NCBI GenBank assembly: GCA_964016885.1
Contig: OZ024743.1
Span: forward strand, 212,164,001 to 212,228,000
DNA length: 64,000 nt
Direction: 5' to 3'
Source: Eledone cirrhosa
Lineage: Eukaryota
Position numbers and translations under genes: made by a program. The first letter of the stretch is position 1. Each line of letters begins with the position of its first letter. Below the pieces are notes generated by a model that was not told the origin of the DNA, searched no databases, and saw only the letters and a program-made list of their open reading frames with translations. Of the stretch, positions 38,121-53,603 are shown piece after piece.

Positions 38121-41100
38121 CACATGTACCAGTAATTACAGATGGATCCCACCACGGGCGGCCGGCCCACAATCGAAAAGGTTACTCCGCCTGCAAATCG
38201 TCATTTTCGGATTCGTTTTCTTCGAAGCACACCATTCGCCGGCGGACTTCAGCTGCCTTATTTAGCATGGGCAGTTTTTCTTGAAGATCACACCACACAC
38301 AGCCAATGAGTGTCTGCACATGTACCAGTAATTAGAGATCGATCCGACCACGGGCGGCCGGCCCACGATCGAGAAAAAGGTAACTCCGCCGGCAAATCGT
38401 CATTTTTGTGATCCGTTTTCTTCGAAGCACACCATTCGCCGCCGGACTTCAGCTGCCTCATTTAGCATGGGCAGTTTTTTTTGAAAATCACACCACACAC
38501 AACCAATGTGTGTCTGCACATGTACCAGTAATTACAGATCGATCCGACCACGGGCGGCCGGCCCGCGATTGAAAAGGTAACTCCGCCGGCAAATCGTCAT
38601 TTTTGTGATTCGTTTTCTTCGAAGCACACCATTCGCCGCCGGACTTCAGCTGCCTCATTTAGCATGGGCAGTTTTTTTTGAAAATCACACCACACACAAC
38701 CAATGTGTGTCTGCACATGTACCAGTAATTACAGATCGATCCCACCACGAGTTCAATGTAAACAAACTTACGCTCAACGACTTTGTTGACGTTTAACACG
38801 GTTTGGTTCCACAGCCACAACTATTGATTTTAAGGAGATATCTTGCTGAAATTCACGCCACACATAGCCAATGAGTGTCTGCACATGTACCAGTAATTAC
38901 AGATCGATCCGACCACGGACGGCCGGCCCGCGATTGAAAAGGTAACTCCGCCGGCAAATCGTCATTTTTGGATTCGTTTTCTTCGAAGCACACCATTCGC
39001 CGGCGTACTTTGTTGACGTTTAACACGGTTTGGTTCCACAGCCACAACTATTGATTTTAAGGAGATATCTTGCTGAAATTCACGCCACACATAGCCAATG
39101 AGTGTCTGCACATGTACCAGTAATTACAGATGGATCCCACCACGGGCGGCCGGCCCACAATCGAAAAGGTTACTCCGCCTGCAAATCGTCATTTTCGGAT
39201 TCGTTTTCTTCGAAGCACACCATTCGCCGGCGGACTTCAGCTGCCTCATTTAGCATGGGCAGTTTTTCTTGAAGATCACACCACACACAGCCAATGAGTG
39301 TCTGCACATGTACCAGTAATTAGAGATCGATCCGACCACGGGCGGCCGGCCCACGATCGAGAAAAATGTAACTCCGCCGGCAAATCGTCATTTTTGTGAT
39401 CCGTTTTCTTCGAAGCACACCATTCGCCGCCGGACTTCAGCTGCCTCATTTAGCATGGGCAGTTTTTTTTGAAAATCACACCACACACAACCAATGTGTG
39501 TCTGCACATGTACCAGTACTTACAGATCGATCCCACCACGGGCGGCCGGCCCACAATCGAAAAGGTTACTCCGCCTGCAAATCGTCATTTTCGGATTCGT
39601 TTTCTTCGAAGCACACCATTCGCCGGCGGACTTCAGCTGCCTCATTTAGCATGAGCAGTTTTTCTTGAAGATCACACCACACACAGCCAATGAGTGTCTG
39701 CACATGTACCAGTAATTACAGATGGATCCCACCACGGGCGGCCGGCCCACAATCGAAAAGGTTACTCCGCCTGCAAATCGTCATTTTCGGATTCGTTTTC
39801 TTCGAAGCACACCATTCGCCGGCGGACTTCAGCTGCCTTATTTAGCATGGGCAGTTTTTATTGAAGATCACACCACACACAGCCAATGAGTGTCTGCACA
39901 TGTACCAGTAATTAGAGATCGATCCGACCACGGGCGGCCGGCCCACGATCGAGAAAAAGGTAACTCCGCCGGCAAATCGTCATTTTTGTGATCCGTTTTC
40001 TTCGAAGCACACCATTCGCCGCCGGACTTCAGCTGCCTCATTTAGCATGGGCAGTTTTTTTTGAAAATCACACCACACACAACCAATGTGTGTCTGCACA
40101 TGTACCAGTAATTACAGATCGATCCGACCACGGGCGGCCGGCCCGCGATTGAAAAGGTAACTCCGCCGGCAAATCGTCATTTTTGTGATTCGTTTTCTTC
40201 GAAGCACACCATTCGCCGCCGGACTTCAGCTGCCTCATTTAGCATGGGCAGTTTTTTTTGAAAATCACACCACACACAACCAATGTGTGTCTGCACATGT
40301 ACCAGTAATTACAGATCGATCCCACCACGAGTTCAATGTAAACAAACTTACGCTCAACGACTTTGTTGACGTTTAACACGGTTTGGTTCCACAGCCACAA
40401 CTATTGATTTTAAGGAGATATCTTGCTGAAATTCACGCCACACATAGCCAATGAGTGTCTGCACATGTACCAGTAATTACAGATCGATCCGACCACGGAC
40501 GGCCGGCCCGCGATTGAAAAGGTAACTCCGCCGGCAAATCGTCATTTTTGGATTCGTTTTCTTCGAAGCACACCATTCGCCGGCGTACTTTGTTGACGTT
40601 TAACACGGTTTGGTTCCACAGCCACAACTATTGATTTTAAGGAGATATCTTGCTGAAATTCACGCCACACATAGCCAATGAGTGTCTGCACATGTACCAG
40701 TAATTACAGATGGATCCCACCACGGGCGGCCGGCCCACAATCGAAAAGGTTACTCCGCCTGCAAATCGTCATTTTCGGATTCGTTTTCTTCGAAGCACAC
40801 CATTCGCCGGCGGACTTCAGCTGCCTCATTTAGCATGGGCAGTTTTTCTTGAAGATCACACCACACACAGCCAATGAGTGTCTGCACATGTACCAGTAAT
40901 TAGAGATCGATCCGACCACGGGCGGCCGGCCCACGATCGAGAAAAATGTAACTCCGCCGGCAAATCGTCATTTTTGTGATCCGTTTTCTTCGAAGCACAC
41001 CATTCGCCGCCGGACTTCAGCTGCCTCATTTAGCATGGGCAGTTTTTTTTGAAAATCACACCACACACAACCAATGTGTGTCTGCACATGTACCAGTAAT

Positions 41101-41280
41101 TACAGATCGATCCCACCACGGGCGGCCGGCCCACAATCGAAAAGGTTACTCCGCCTGCAAATCGTCATTTTCGGATTCGTTTTCTTCGAAGCACACCATT
41201 CGCCGGCGGACTTCAGCTGCCTCATTTAGCATGAGCAGTTTTTCTTGAAGATCACACCACACACAGCCAATGAGTGTCTG
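38121..41280. repeat. 1580-bp 8-mer tandem duplication (A-B-C-D-E-A-B-A')
   Basis: ORF offsets 38605/40185 and 39396/40976 both equal 1580. The variant GAGAAAAATGTA is shared. Confidence 0.85.
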
Positions 41281-44200
41281 CACATGTACCAGTAATTACA
41301 GATGGATCCCCCCACGGGCGGCCGGCCCACAATCGAAAAGGTTACTCCGCCTGCAAATCGTCATTTTCGGATTCGTTTTCTTCGAAGCACACCATTCGCC
41401 GGCGGACTTCAGCTGCCTCATTTAGCATGAGCAGTTTTTCTTGAAGATCACACCACACACAGCCAATGAGTGTCTGCACATGTACCAGTAATTACAGATG
41501 GATCCCACCACGGGCGGCCGGCCCACAATCGAAAAGGTTACTCCGCCTGCAAATCGTCATTTTCGGATTCGTTTTCTTCGAAGCACACCATTCGCCGGCG
41601 GACTTCAGCTGCCTCATTTAGCATGGGCAGTTCTTCTTGAAGATCACACCACACACAGCCAATGAGTGTCTGCACATGTACCAGTAATTACAGATGGATC
41701 CCACCACGGGCGGCCGGCCCACAATTGAAAAGGTTACTCCGCCTGCAAATCGTCATTTTCGGATTCGTTTTCTTCGAAGCACACCATTCGCCGGCGGACT
41801 TCAGCTGCCTCATTTAGCATGGGCAGTTTTTCTTGAAGATCACACCACACACAGCCAATGAGTGTCTGCACATGTACCAGTAATTAGAGATCGATCCGAC
41901 CACGGGCGGCCGGCCCACGATCGAGAAAAAGGTAACTCCGCCGGCAAATCGTCATTTTTGTGATCCGTTTTCTTCGAAGCACACCATTCGCCGCCGGACT
42001 TCAGCTGCCTCATTTAGCATGGGCAGTTTTTTTTGAAAATCACACCACACACAACCAATGTGTGTCTGCACATGTACCAGTAATTACAGATCGATCCCAC
42101 CACGGGCGGCCGGCCCACAATCGAAAAGGTTACTCCGCCTGCAAATCGTCATTTTCGGATTCGTTTTCTTCGAAGCACACCATTCGCCGGCGGACTTCAG
42201 CTGCCTCATTTAGCATGAGCAGTTTTTCTTGAAGATCACACCACACACAGCCAATGAGTGTCTGCACATGTACCAGTAATTACAGATGGATCCCCCCACG
42301 GGCGGCCGGCCCACAATCGAAAAGGTTACTCCGCCTGCAAATCGTCATTTTCGGATTCGTTTTCTTCGAAGCACACCATTCGCCGGCGGACTTCAGCTGC
42401 CTCATTTAGCATGAGCAGTTTTTCTTGAAGATCACACCACACACAGCCAATGAGTGTCTGCACATGTACCAGTAATTACAGATGGATCCCACCACGGGCG
42501 GCCGGCCCACAATCGAAAAGGTTACTCCGCCTGCAAATCGTCATTTTCGGATTCGTTTTCTTCGAAGCACACCATTCGCCGGCGGACTTCAGCTGCCTTA
42601 TTTAGCATGGGCAGTTTTTCTTGAAGATCACACCACACACAGCCAATGAGTGTCTGCACATGTACCAGTAATTAGAGATCGATCCGACCACGGGCGGCCG
42701 GCCCACGATCGAGAAAAAGGTAACTCCGCCGGCAAATAGTCATTTTTGTGATCCGTTTTCTTCGAAGCACACCATTCGCCGCCGGACTTCAGCTGCCTCA
42801 TTTAGCATGGGCAGTTTTTTTTGAAAATCACACCACACACAACCAATGTGTGTCTGCACATGTACCAGTAATTACAGATCGATCCGACCACGGGCGGCCG
42901 GCCCGCGATTGAAAAGGTAACTCCGCCGGCAAATCGTCATTTTTGTGATTCGTTTTCTTCGAAGCACACCATTCGCCGCCGGACTTCAGCTGCCTCATTT
43001 AGCATGGGCAGTTTTTTTTGAAAATCACACCACACACAACCAATGTGTGTCTGCACATGTACCAGTAATTACATATCGATCCCACCACGAGTTCAATGTA
43101 AACAAACTTACGCTCAACGACTTTGTTGACGTTTAACACGGTTTGGTTCCACAGCCACAACTATTGATTTTAAGGAGATATCTTGCTGAAATTCACGCCA
43201 CACATAGCCAATGAGTGTCTGCACATGTACCAGTAATTACAGATCGATCCGACCACGGACGGCCGGCCCGCGATTGAAAAGGTAACTCCGCCGGCAAATC
43301 GTCATTTTTGGATTCGTTTTCTTCGAAGCACACCATTCGCCGGCGTACTTTGTTGACGTTTAACACGGTTTGGTTCCACAGCCACAACTATTGATTTTAA
43401 GGAGATATCTTGCTGAAATTCACGCCACACATAGCCAATGAGTGTCTGCACATGTACCAGTAATTACAGATGGATCCCACCACGGGCGGCCGGCCCACAA
43501 TCGAAAAGGTTACTCCGCCTGCAAATCGTCATTTTCGGATTCGTTTTCTTCGAAGCACACCATTCGCCGGCGGACTTCAGCTGCCTCATTTAGCATGGGC
43601 AGTTTTTCTTGAAGATCACACCACACACAGCCAATGAGTGTCTGCACATGTACCAGTAATTAGAGATCGATCCGACCACGGGCGGCCGGCCCACGATCGA
43701 GAAAAATGTAACTCCGCCGGCAAATCGTCATTTTTGTGATCCGTTTTCTTCGAAGCACACCATTCGCCGGCGGACTTCAGCTGCCTCATTTAGCATGAGC
43801 AGTTTTTCTTGAAGATCACACCACACACAGCCAATGAGTGTCTGCACATGTACCAGTAATTACAGATGGATCCCCCCACGGGCGGCCGGCCCACAATCGA
43901 AAAGGTTACTCCGCCTGCAAATCGTCATTTTCGGATTCGTTTTCTTCGAAGCACACCATTCGCCGGCGGACTTCAGCTGCCTCATTTAGCATGAGCAGTT
44001 TTTCTTGAAGATCACACCACACACAGCCAATGAGTGTCTGCACATGTACCAGTAATTACAGATGGATCCCACCACGGGCGGCCGGCCCACAATCGAAAAG
44101 GTTACTCCGCCTGCAAATCGTCATTTTCGGATTCGTTTTCTTCGAAGCACACCATTCGCCGGCGGACTTCAGCTGCCTCATTTAGCATGGGCAGTTTTTC

Positions 44201-46309
44201 TTGAAGATCACACCACACACAGCCAATGAGTGTCTGCACATGTACCAGTAATTACAGATGGATCCCACCACGGGCGGCCGGCCCACAATTGAAAAGGTTA
44301 CTCCGCCTGCAAATCGTCATTTTCGGATTCGTTTTCTTCGAAGCACACCATTCGCCGGCGGACTTCAGCTGCCTCATTTAGCATGGGCAGTTTTTCTTGA
44401 AGATCACACCACACACAGCCAATGAGTGTCTGCACATGTACCAGTAATTAGAGATCGATCCGACCACGGGCGGCCGGCCCACGATCGAGAAAAAGGTAAC
44501 TCCGCCGGCAAATCGTCATTTTTGTGATCCGTTTTCTTCGAAGCACACCATTCGCCGCCGGACTTCAGCTGCCTCATTTAGCATGGGCAGTTTTTTTTGA
44601 AAATCACACCACACACAACCAATGTGTGTCTGCACATGTACCAGTAATTACAGATCGATCCCACCACGGGCGGCCGGCCCACAATCGAAAAGGTTACTCC
44701 GCCTGCAAATCGTCATTTTCGGATTCGTTTTCTTCGAAGCACACCATTCGCCGGCGGACTTCAGCTGCCTCATTTAGCATGAGCAGTTTTTCTTGAAGAT
44801 CACACCACACACAGCCAATGAGTGTCTGCACATGTACCAGTAATTACAGATGGATCCCACCACGGGCGGCCGGCCCACAATCGAAAAGGTTACTCCGCCT
44901 GCAAATCGTCATTTTCGGATTCGTTTTCTTCGAAGCACACCATTCGCCGGCGGACTTCAGCTGCCTCATTTAGCATGGGCAGTTTTTCTTGAAGATCACA
45001 CCACACACAGCCAATGAGTGTCTGCACATGTACCAGTAATTAGAGATCGATCCGACCACGGGCGGCCGGCCCACGATCGAGAAAAAGGTAACTCCGCCGG
45101 CAAATCGTCATTTTTGTGATCCGTTTTCTTCGAAGCACACCATTCGCCGCCGGACTTCAGCTGCCTCATTTAGCATGGGCAGTTTTTTTTGAAAATCACA
45201 CCACACACAACCAATTTGTGTTTGCACATGTACCAGTAATTACAGATCGATCCGACCACGGGCGGCCGGCCCGCGATTGAAAAGGTAACTCCGCCGGCAA
45301 ATCGTCATTTTTGTGATTCGTTTTCTTCGAAGCACACCATTCGCCGCCGGACTTCAGCTGCCTCATTTAGCATGGGCAGTTTTTTTTGAAAATCACATCA
45401 CACACAACCAATGTGTGTCTGCACATGTACCAGTAATTACAGATCGATCCCACCACGAGTTCAATGTAAACAAACTTACGCTCAACGACTTTGTTGACGT
45501 TTAACACGGTTTGGTTCCACAGCCACAACTATTGATTTTACGGAGATATCTTGCTGAAGTTCACGCCACACATAGCCAATGAGTGTCTGCACATGTGTCA
45601 GTAATTATAGATCGATCCGACCACGGACGGCCGGCCCGCGATTGAAAAGGTAACTCCGCCGGCAAATCGTCATTTTTGGATTCGTTTTCTTGGAAGCACA
45701 CCATTCGCCGGCGGACTTTGTTGACGTTTAACACGGTTTGGTTCCACAGCCACAACTATTGATTTTAAGGAGATATCTTGCTGAAATTCACGCCACACAT
45801 AGCCAATGAGTGTCTGCACATGTACCAGTAATTACAGATGGATCCCACCACGGGCGGCCGGCCCACAATCGAAAAGGTTACTCCGCCTGCAAATCGTCAT
45901 TTTCGGATTCGTTTTCTTCGAAGCACACCATTCGCCGGCGGACTTCAGCTGCCTCATTTAGCATGAGCAGTTTTTCTTGAAGATCACACCACACACAGCC
46001 AATGAGTGTCTGCACATGTACCAGTAATTACAGATGGATCCCACCACGGGCGGCCGGCCCACAATCGAAAAGGTTACTCCGCCTGCAAATCGTCATTTTC
46101 GGATTCGTTTTCTTCGAAGCACACCATTCGCCGGCGGACTTCAGCTGCCTCATTTAGCATGGGCAGTTTTTCTTGAAGATCACACCACACACAGCCAATG
46201 AGTGTCTGCACATGTACCAGTAATTAGAGATCGATCCGACCACGGGCGGCCGGCCCACGATCGAGAAAAAGGTAACTCCGCCGGCAAATCGTCATTTTTG
46301 TGATCCGTT

Positions 46310-49300
46310 TTCTTCGAAGCACACCATTCGCCGCCGGACTTCAGCTGCCTCATTTAGCATGGGCAGTTTTTTTTGAAAATCACACCACACACAACCAATG
46401 TGTGTCTGCACATGTACCAGTAATTACAGATCGATCCCACCACGAGTTCAATGTAAACAAACTTACGCTCAACGACTTTGTTGACGTTTAACACGGTTTG
46501 GTTCCACAGCCACAACTATTGATTTTAAGGAGATATCTTGCTGGAATTCACGCCACACATAGCCAATGAGTGTCTGCACATGTACCAGTAATTACAGATG
46601 GATCCCACCACGGGCGGCCGGCCCACAATCGAAAAGGTTACTCCGCCTGCAAATCGTCATTTTCGGATTCGTTTTCTTCGAAGCACACCATTCGCCGGCG
46701 GACTTCAGCTGCCTTATTTAACATGGGCAGTTTTTCTTGAAGATCACACCACACACAGCCAATGAGTGTCTGCACATGTACCAGTAATTAGAGATCGATC
46801 CGACCACGGGCGGCCGGCCCACGATCGAGAAAATGGTAACTCCGCCGGCAAATCGTCATTTTTGTGATCCGTTTTCTTCGAAGCACACCATTCGCCGCCG
46901 GACTTCAGCTGCCTCATTTAGCATGGGCAGTTTTTTTTGAAAATCACACCACACACAACCAATGTGTGTCTGCACATGTACCAGTAATTACAGATCGATC
47001 CGACCACGGGCGGCCGGCCCGCGATTGAAAAGGTAACTCCGCCGGCAAATCGTCATTTTTGTGATTCGTTTTCTTCGAAGCACACCATTCGCCGCCGGAC
47101 TTCAGCTGCCTCATTTAGCATGGGCAGTTTTTTTTGAAAATCACACCACACACAACCAATGTGTGTCTGCACATGTACCAGTAATTACAGATCGATCCCA
47201 CCACGAGTTCAATGTAAACAAACTTACGCTCAACGACTTTGTTGACGTTTAACACGGTTTGGTTCCACAGCCACAACTATTGATTTTACGGAGATATCTT
47301 GCTGAAATTCACGCCACACATAGCCAATGAGTGTCTGCACATGTGTCAGTAATTACAGATCGATCCGACCACGGACGGCCGGCCCGCGATTGAAAAGGTA
47401 ACTCCGCCGGCAAATCGTCATTTTTGGATTCGTTTTCTTCGAAGCACACCATTCGCCGGCGGACTTTGTTGACGTTTAACACGGTTTGGTTCCACAGCCA
47501 CAACTATTGATTTTAAGGAGATATCTTGCTGAAATTCACGCCACACATAGCCAATGAGTGTCTGCACATGTACCAGTAATTACAGATGGATCCCACCACG
47601 GGCGGCCGGCCCACAATCGAAAAGGTTACTCCGCCTGCAAATCGTCATTTTCGGATTCGTTTTCTTCGAAGCACACCATTCGCCGGCGGACTTCAGCTGC
47701 CTCATTTAGCATGAGCAGTTTTTCTTGAAGATCACACCACACACAGCCAATGAGTGTCTGCACATGTACCAGTAATTACAGATGGATCCCACCACGGGCG
47801 GCCGGCCCACAATCGAAAAGGTTACTCCGCCTGCAAATCGTCATTTTCGGATTCGTTTTCTTCGAAGCACACCATTCGCCGGCGGACTTCAGCTGCCTCA
47901 TTTAGCATGAGCAGTTTTTCTTGAAGATCACACCACACATAGCCAATGAGTGTCTGCACATGTACCAGTAATTACAGATGGATCCCACCACGGGCGGCCG
48001 GCCCACAATCGAAAAGGTTACTCCGCCTGCAAATCGTCATTTTCGGATTCGTTTTCTTCGAAGCACACCATTCGCCGGCGGACTTCAGCTGCCTCATTTA
48101 GCATGGGCAGTTTTTCTTGAAGATCACACCACACACAGCCAATGAGTGTCTGCACATGTACCAGTAATTACAGATGGATCCCACCACGGGCGGCCGGCCC
48201 ACAATCGAAAAGGTTACTCCGCCTGCAAATCGTCATTTTCGGATTCGTTTTCTTCGAAGCACACCATTCGCCGGCGGACTTCAGCTGCCTCATTTAGCAT
48301 GGGCAGTTTTTCTTGAAGATCACACCACACACAGCCAATGAGTGTCTGCACATGTACCAGTAATTAGAGATCGATCCGACCACGGGCGGCCGGCCCACGA
48401 TCGAGAAAAAGGTAACTCCGCCGGCAAATCGTCATTTTTGTGATCCGTTTTCTTCGAAGCACACCATTCGCCGCCGGACTTCAGCTGCCTCATTTAGCAT
48501 GGGCAGTTTTTTTTGAAAATCACACCACACACAACCAATGTGTGTCTGCACATGTACCAGTAATTACAGATCGATCCGACCACGGGCGGCCGGCCCGCGA
48601 TTGAAAAGGTAACTCCGCCGGCAAATCGTCATTTTTGTGATTCGTTTTCTTCGAAGCACACCATTCGCCGCCGGACTTCAGCTGCCTCATTTAGCATGAG
48701 CAGTTTTTCTTGAAGATCACACCACACACAGCCAATGAGTGTCTGCACATGTACCAGTAATTACAGATGGATCCCCCCACGGGCGGCCGGCCCACAATCG
48801 AAAAGGTTACTCCGCCTGCAAATCGTCATTTTCGGATTCGTTTTCTTCGAAGCACACCATTCGCCGGCGGACTTCAGCTGCCTCATTTAGCATGAGCAGT
48901 TTTTCTTGAAGATCACACCACACACAGCCAATGAGTGTCTGCACATGTACCAGTAATTAGAGATCGATCCGACCACGGGCGGCCGGCCCACGATCGAGAA
49001 AAAGGTAACTCCGCCGGCAAATCGTCATTTTTGTGATCCGTTTTCTTCGAAGCACACCATTCGCCGCCGGACTTCAGCTGCCTCATTTAGCATGGGCAGT
49101 TTTTTTTGAAAATCACACCACACACAACCAATGTGTGTCTGCACATGTACCAGTAATTACAGATCGATCCGACCACGGGCGGCCGGCCCGCGATTGAAAA
49201 GGTAACTCCGCCGGCAAATCGTCATTTTTGTGATTCGTTTTCTTCGAAGCACACCATTCGCCGCCGGACTTCAGCTGCCTCATTTAGCATGGGCAGTTTT

Positions 49301-52300
49301 TTTTGAAAATCACACCACACACAACCAATGTGTGTCTGCACATGTACCAGTAATTACAGATCGATCCCACCACGAGTTCAATGTAAACAAACTTACGCTC
49401 AACGACTTTGTTGACGTTTAACACGGTTTGGTTCCACAGCCACAACTATTGATTTTAAGGAGATATCTTGCTGGAATTCACGCCACACATAGCCAATGAG
49501 TGTCTGCACATGTACCAGTAATTACAGATGGATCCCACCACGGGCGGCCGGCCCACAATCGAAAAGGTTACTCCGCCTGCAAATCGTCATTTTCGGATTC
49601 GTTTTCTTCGAAGCACACCATTCGCCGGCGGACTTCAGCTGCCTTATTTAACATGGGCAGTTTTTCTTGAAGATCACACCACACACAGCCAATGAGTGTC
49701 TGCACATGTACCAGTAATTAGAGATCGATCCGACCACGGGCGGCCGGCCCACGATCGAGAAAATGGTAACTCCGCCGGCAAATCGTCATTTTTGTGATCC
49801 GTTTTCTTCGAAGCACACCATTCGCCGCCGGACTTCAGCTGCCTCATTTAGCATGGGCAGTTTTTTTTGAAAATCACACCACACACAACCAATGTGTGTC
49901 TGCACATGTACCAGTAATTACAGATCGATCCGACCACGGGCGGCCGGCCCGCGATTGAAAAGGTAACTCCGCCGGCAAATCGTCATTTTTGTGATTCGTT
50001 TTCTTCGAAGCACACCATTCGCCGCCGGACTTCAGCTGCCTCATTTAGCATGGGCAGTTTTTTTTGAAAATCACACCACACACAACCAATGTGTGTCTGC
50101 ACATGTACCAGTAATTACAGATCGATCCCACCACGAGTTCAATGTAAACAAACTTACGCTCAACGACTTTGTTGACGTTTAACACGGTTTGGTTCCACAG
50201 CCACAACTATTGATTTTACGGAGATATCTTGCTGAAATTCACGCCACACATAGCCAATGAGTGTCTGCACATGTGTCAGTAATTACAGATCGATCCGACC
50301 ACGGACGGCCGGCCCGCGATTGAAAAGGTAACTCCGCCGGCAAATCGTCATTTTTGGATTCGTTTTCTTCGAAGCACACCATTCGCCGGCGGACTTTGTT
50401 GACGTTTAACACGGTTTGGTTCCACAGCCACAACTATTGATTTTAAGGAGATATCTTGCTGAAATTCACGCCACACATAGCCAATGAGTGTCTGCACATG
50501 TACCAGTAATTACAGATGGATCCCACCACGGGCGGCCGGCCCACAATCGAAAAGGTTACTCCGCCTGCAAATCGTCATTTTCGGATTCGTTTTCTTCGAA
50601 GCACACCATTCGCCGGCGGACTTCAGCTGCCTCATTTAGCATGAGCAGTTTTTCTTGAAGATCACACCACACACAGCCAATGAGTGTCTGCACATGTACC
50701 AGTAATTACAGATGGATCCCACCACGGGCGGCCGGCCCACAATCGAAAAGGTTACTCCGCCTGCAAATCGTCATTTTCGGATTCGTTTTCTTCGAAGCAC
50801 ACCATTCGCCGGCGGACTTCAGCTGCCTCATTTAGCATGAGCAGTTTTTCTTGAAGATCACACCACACATAGCCAATGAGTGTCTGCACATGTACCAGTA
50901 ATTACAGATGGATCCCACCACGGGCGGCCGGCCCACAATCGAAAAGGTTACTCCGCCTGCAAATCGTCATTTTCGGATTCGTTTTCTTCGAAGCACACCA
51001 TTCGCCGGCGGACTTCAGCTGCCTCATTTAGCATGGGCAGTTTTTCTTGAAGATCACACCACACACAGCCAATGAGTGTCTGCACATGTACCAGTAATTA
51101 CAGATGGATCCCACCACGGGCGGCCGGCCCACAATCGAAAAGGTTACTCCGCCTGCAAATCGTCATTTTCGGATTCGTTTTCTTCGAAGCACACCATTCG
51201 CCGGCGGACTTCAGCTGCCTCATTTAGCATGGGCAGTTTTTCTTGAAGATCACACCACACACAGCCAATGAGTGTCTGCACATGTACCAGTAATTAGAGA
51301 TCGATCCGACCACGGGCGGCCGGCCCACGATCGAGAAAAAGGTAACTCCGCCGGCAAATCGTCATTTTTGTGATCCGTTTTCTTCGAAGCACACCATTCG
51401 CCGCCGGACTTCAGCTGCCTCATTTAGCATGGGCAGTTTTTTTTGAAAATCACACCACACACAACCAATGTGTGTCTGCACATGTACCAGTAATTACAGA
51501 TCGATCCGACCACGGGCGGCCGGCCCGCGATTGAAAAGGTAACTCCGCCGGCAAATCGTCATTTTTGTGATTCGTTTTCTTCGAAGCACACCATTCGCCG
51601 CCGGACTTCAGCTGCCTCATTTAGCATGAGCAGTTTTTCTTGAAGATCACACCACACACAGCCAATGAGTGTCTGCACATGTACCAGTAATTACAGATGG
51701 ATCCCCCCACGGGCGGCCGGCCCACAATCGAAAAGGTTACTCCGCCTGCAAATCGTCATTTTCGGATTCGTTTTCTTCGAAGCACACCATTCGCCGGCGG
51801 ACTTCAGCTGCCTCATTTAGCATGAGCAGTTTTTCTTGAAGATCACACCACACACAGCCAATGAGTGTCTGCACATGTACCAGTAATTAGAGATCGATCC
51901 GACCACGGGCGGCCGGCCCACGATCGAGAAAAAGGTAACTCCGCCGGCAAATCGTCATTTTTGTGATCCGTTTTCTTCGAAGCACACCATTCGCCGCCGG
52001 ACTTCAGCTGCCTCATTTAGCATGGGCAGTTTTTTTTGAAAATCACACCACACACAACCAATGTGTGTCTGCACATGTACCAGTAATTACAGATCGATCC
52101 GACCACGGGCGGCCGGCCCGCGATTGAAAAGGTAACTCCGCCGGCAAATCGTCATTTTTGTGATTCGTTTTCTTCGAAGCACACCATTCGCCGCCGGACT
52201 TCAGCTGCCTCATTTAGCATGGGCAGTTTTTTTTGAAAATCACACCACACACAACCAATGTGTGTCTGCACATGTACCAGTAATTACAGATCGATCCCAC

Positions 52301-53603
52301 CACGAGTTCAATGTAAACAAACTTACGCTCAACGACTTTGTTGACGTTTAACACGGTTTGGTTCCACAGCCACAACTATTGATTTTAAGGAGATATCTTG
52401 CTGGAATTCACGCCACACATAGCCAATGAGTGTCTGCACATGTACCAGTAATTACAGATGGATCCCACCACGGGCGGCCGGCCCACAATCGAAAAGGTTA
52501 CTCCGCCTGCAAATCGTCATTTTCGGATTCGTTTTCTTCGAAGCACACCATTCGCCGGCGGACTTCAGCTGCCTTATTTAACATGGGCAGTTTTTCTTGA
52601 AGATCACACCACACACAGCCAATGAGTGTCTGCACATGTACCAGTAATTAGAGATCGATCCGACCACGGGCGGCCGGCCCACGATCGAGAAAATGGTAAC
52701 TCCGCCGGCAAATCGTCATTTTTGTGATCCGTTTTCTTCGAAGCACACCATTCGCCGCCGGACTTCAGCTGCCTCATTTAGCATGGGCAGTTTTTTTTGA
52801 AAATCACACCACACACAACCAATGTGTGTCTGCACATGTACCAGTAATTACAGATCGATCCGACCACGGGCGGCCGGCCCGCGATTGAAAAGGTAACTCC
52901 GCCGGCAAATCGTCATTTTTGTGATTCGTTTTCTTCGAAGCACACCATTCGCCGCCGGACTTCAGCTGCCTCATTTAGCATGGGCAGTTTTTTTTGAAAA
53001 TCACACCACACACAACCAATGTGTGTCTGCACATGTACCAGTAATTACAGATCGATCCCACCACGAGTTCAATGTAAACAAACTTACGCTCAACGACTTT
53101 GTTGACGTTTAACACGGTTTGGTTCCACAGCCACAACTATTGATTTTACGGAGATATCTTGCTGAAATTCACGCCACACATAGCCAATGAGTGTCTGCAC
53201 ATGTGTCAGTAATTACAGATCGATCCGACCACGGACGGCCGGCCCGCGATTGAAAAGGTAACTCCGCCGGCAAATCGTCATTTTTGGATTCGTTTTCTTC
53301 GAAGCACACCATTCGCCGGCGGACTTTGTTGACGTTTAACACGGTTTGGTTCCACAGCCACAACTATTGATTTTAAGGAGATATCTTGCTGAAATTCACG
53401 CCACACATAGCCAATGAGTGTCTGCACATGTACCAGTAATTACAGATGGATCCCACCACGGGCGGCCGGCCCACAATCGAAAAGGTTACTCCGCCTGCAA
53501 ATCGTCATTTTCGGATTCGTTTTCTTCGAAGCACACCATTCGCCGGCGGACTTCAGCTGCCTCATTTAGCATGAGCAGTTTTTCTTGAAGATCACACCAC
53601 ACA
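46310..53603. repeat. 2930-bp 15-mer higher-order repeat (D-A-B-C-D-E-A-A-A-A-B-C-A-B-C), about 2.5 copies
   Basis: ORF starts 47061/49991/52921 are 2930 apart. Markers GCTGGAATTC, TTATTTAACATGG and GAGAAAATGGTA occur once per unit. 6A+3B+3C+2D+E sums to 2930. Confidence 0.92.
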
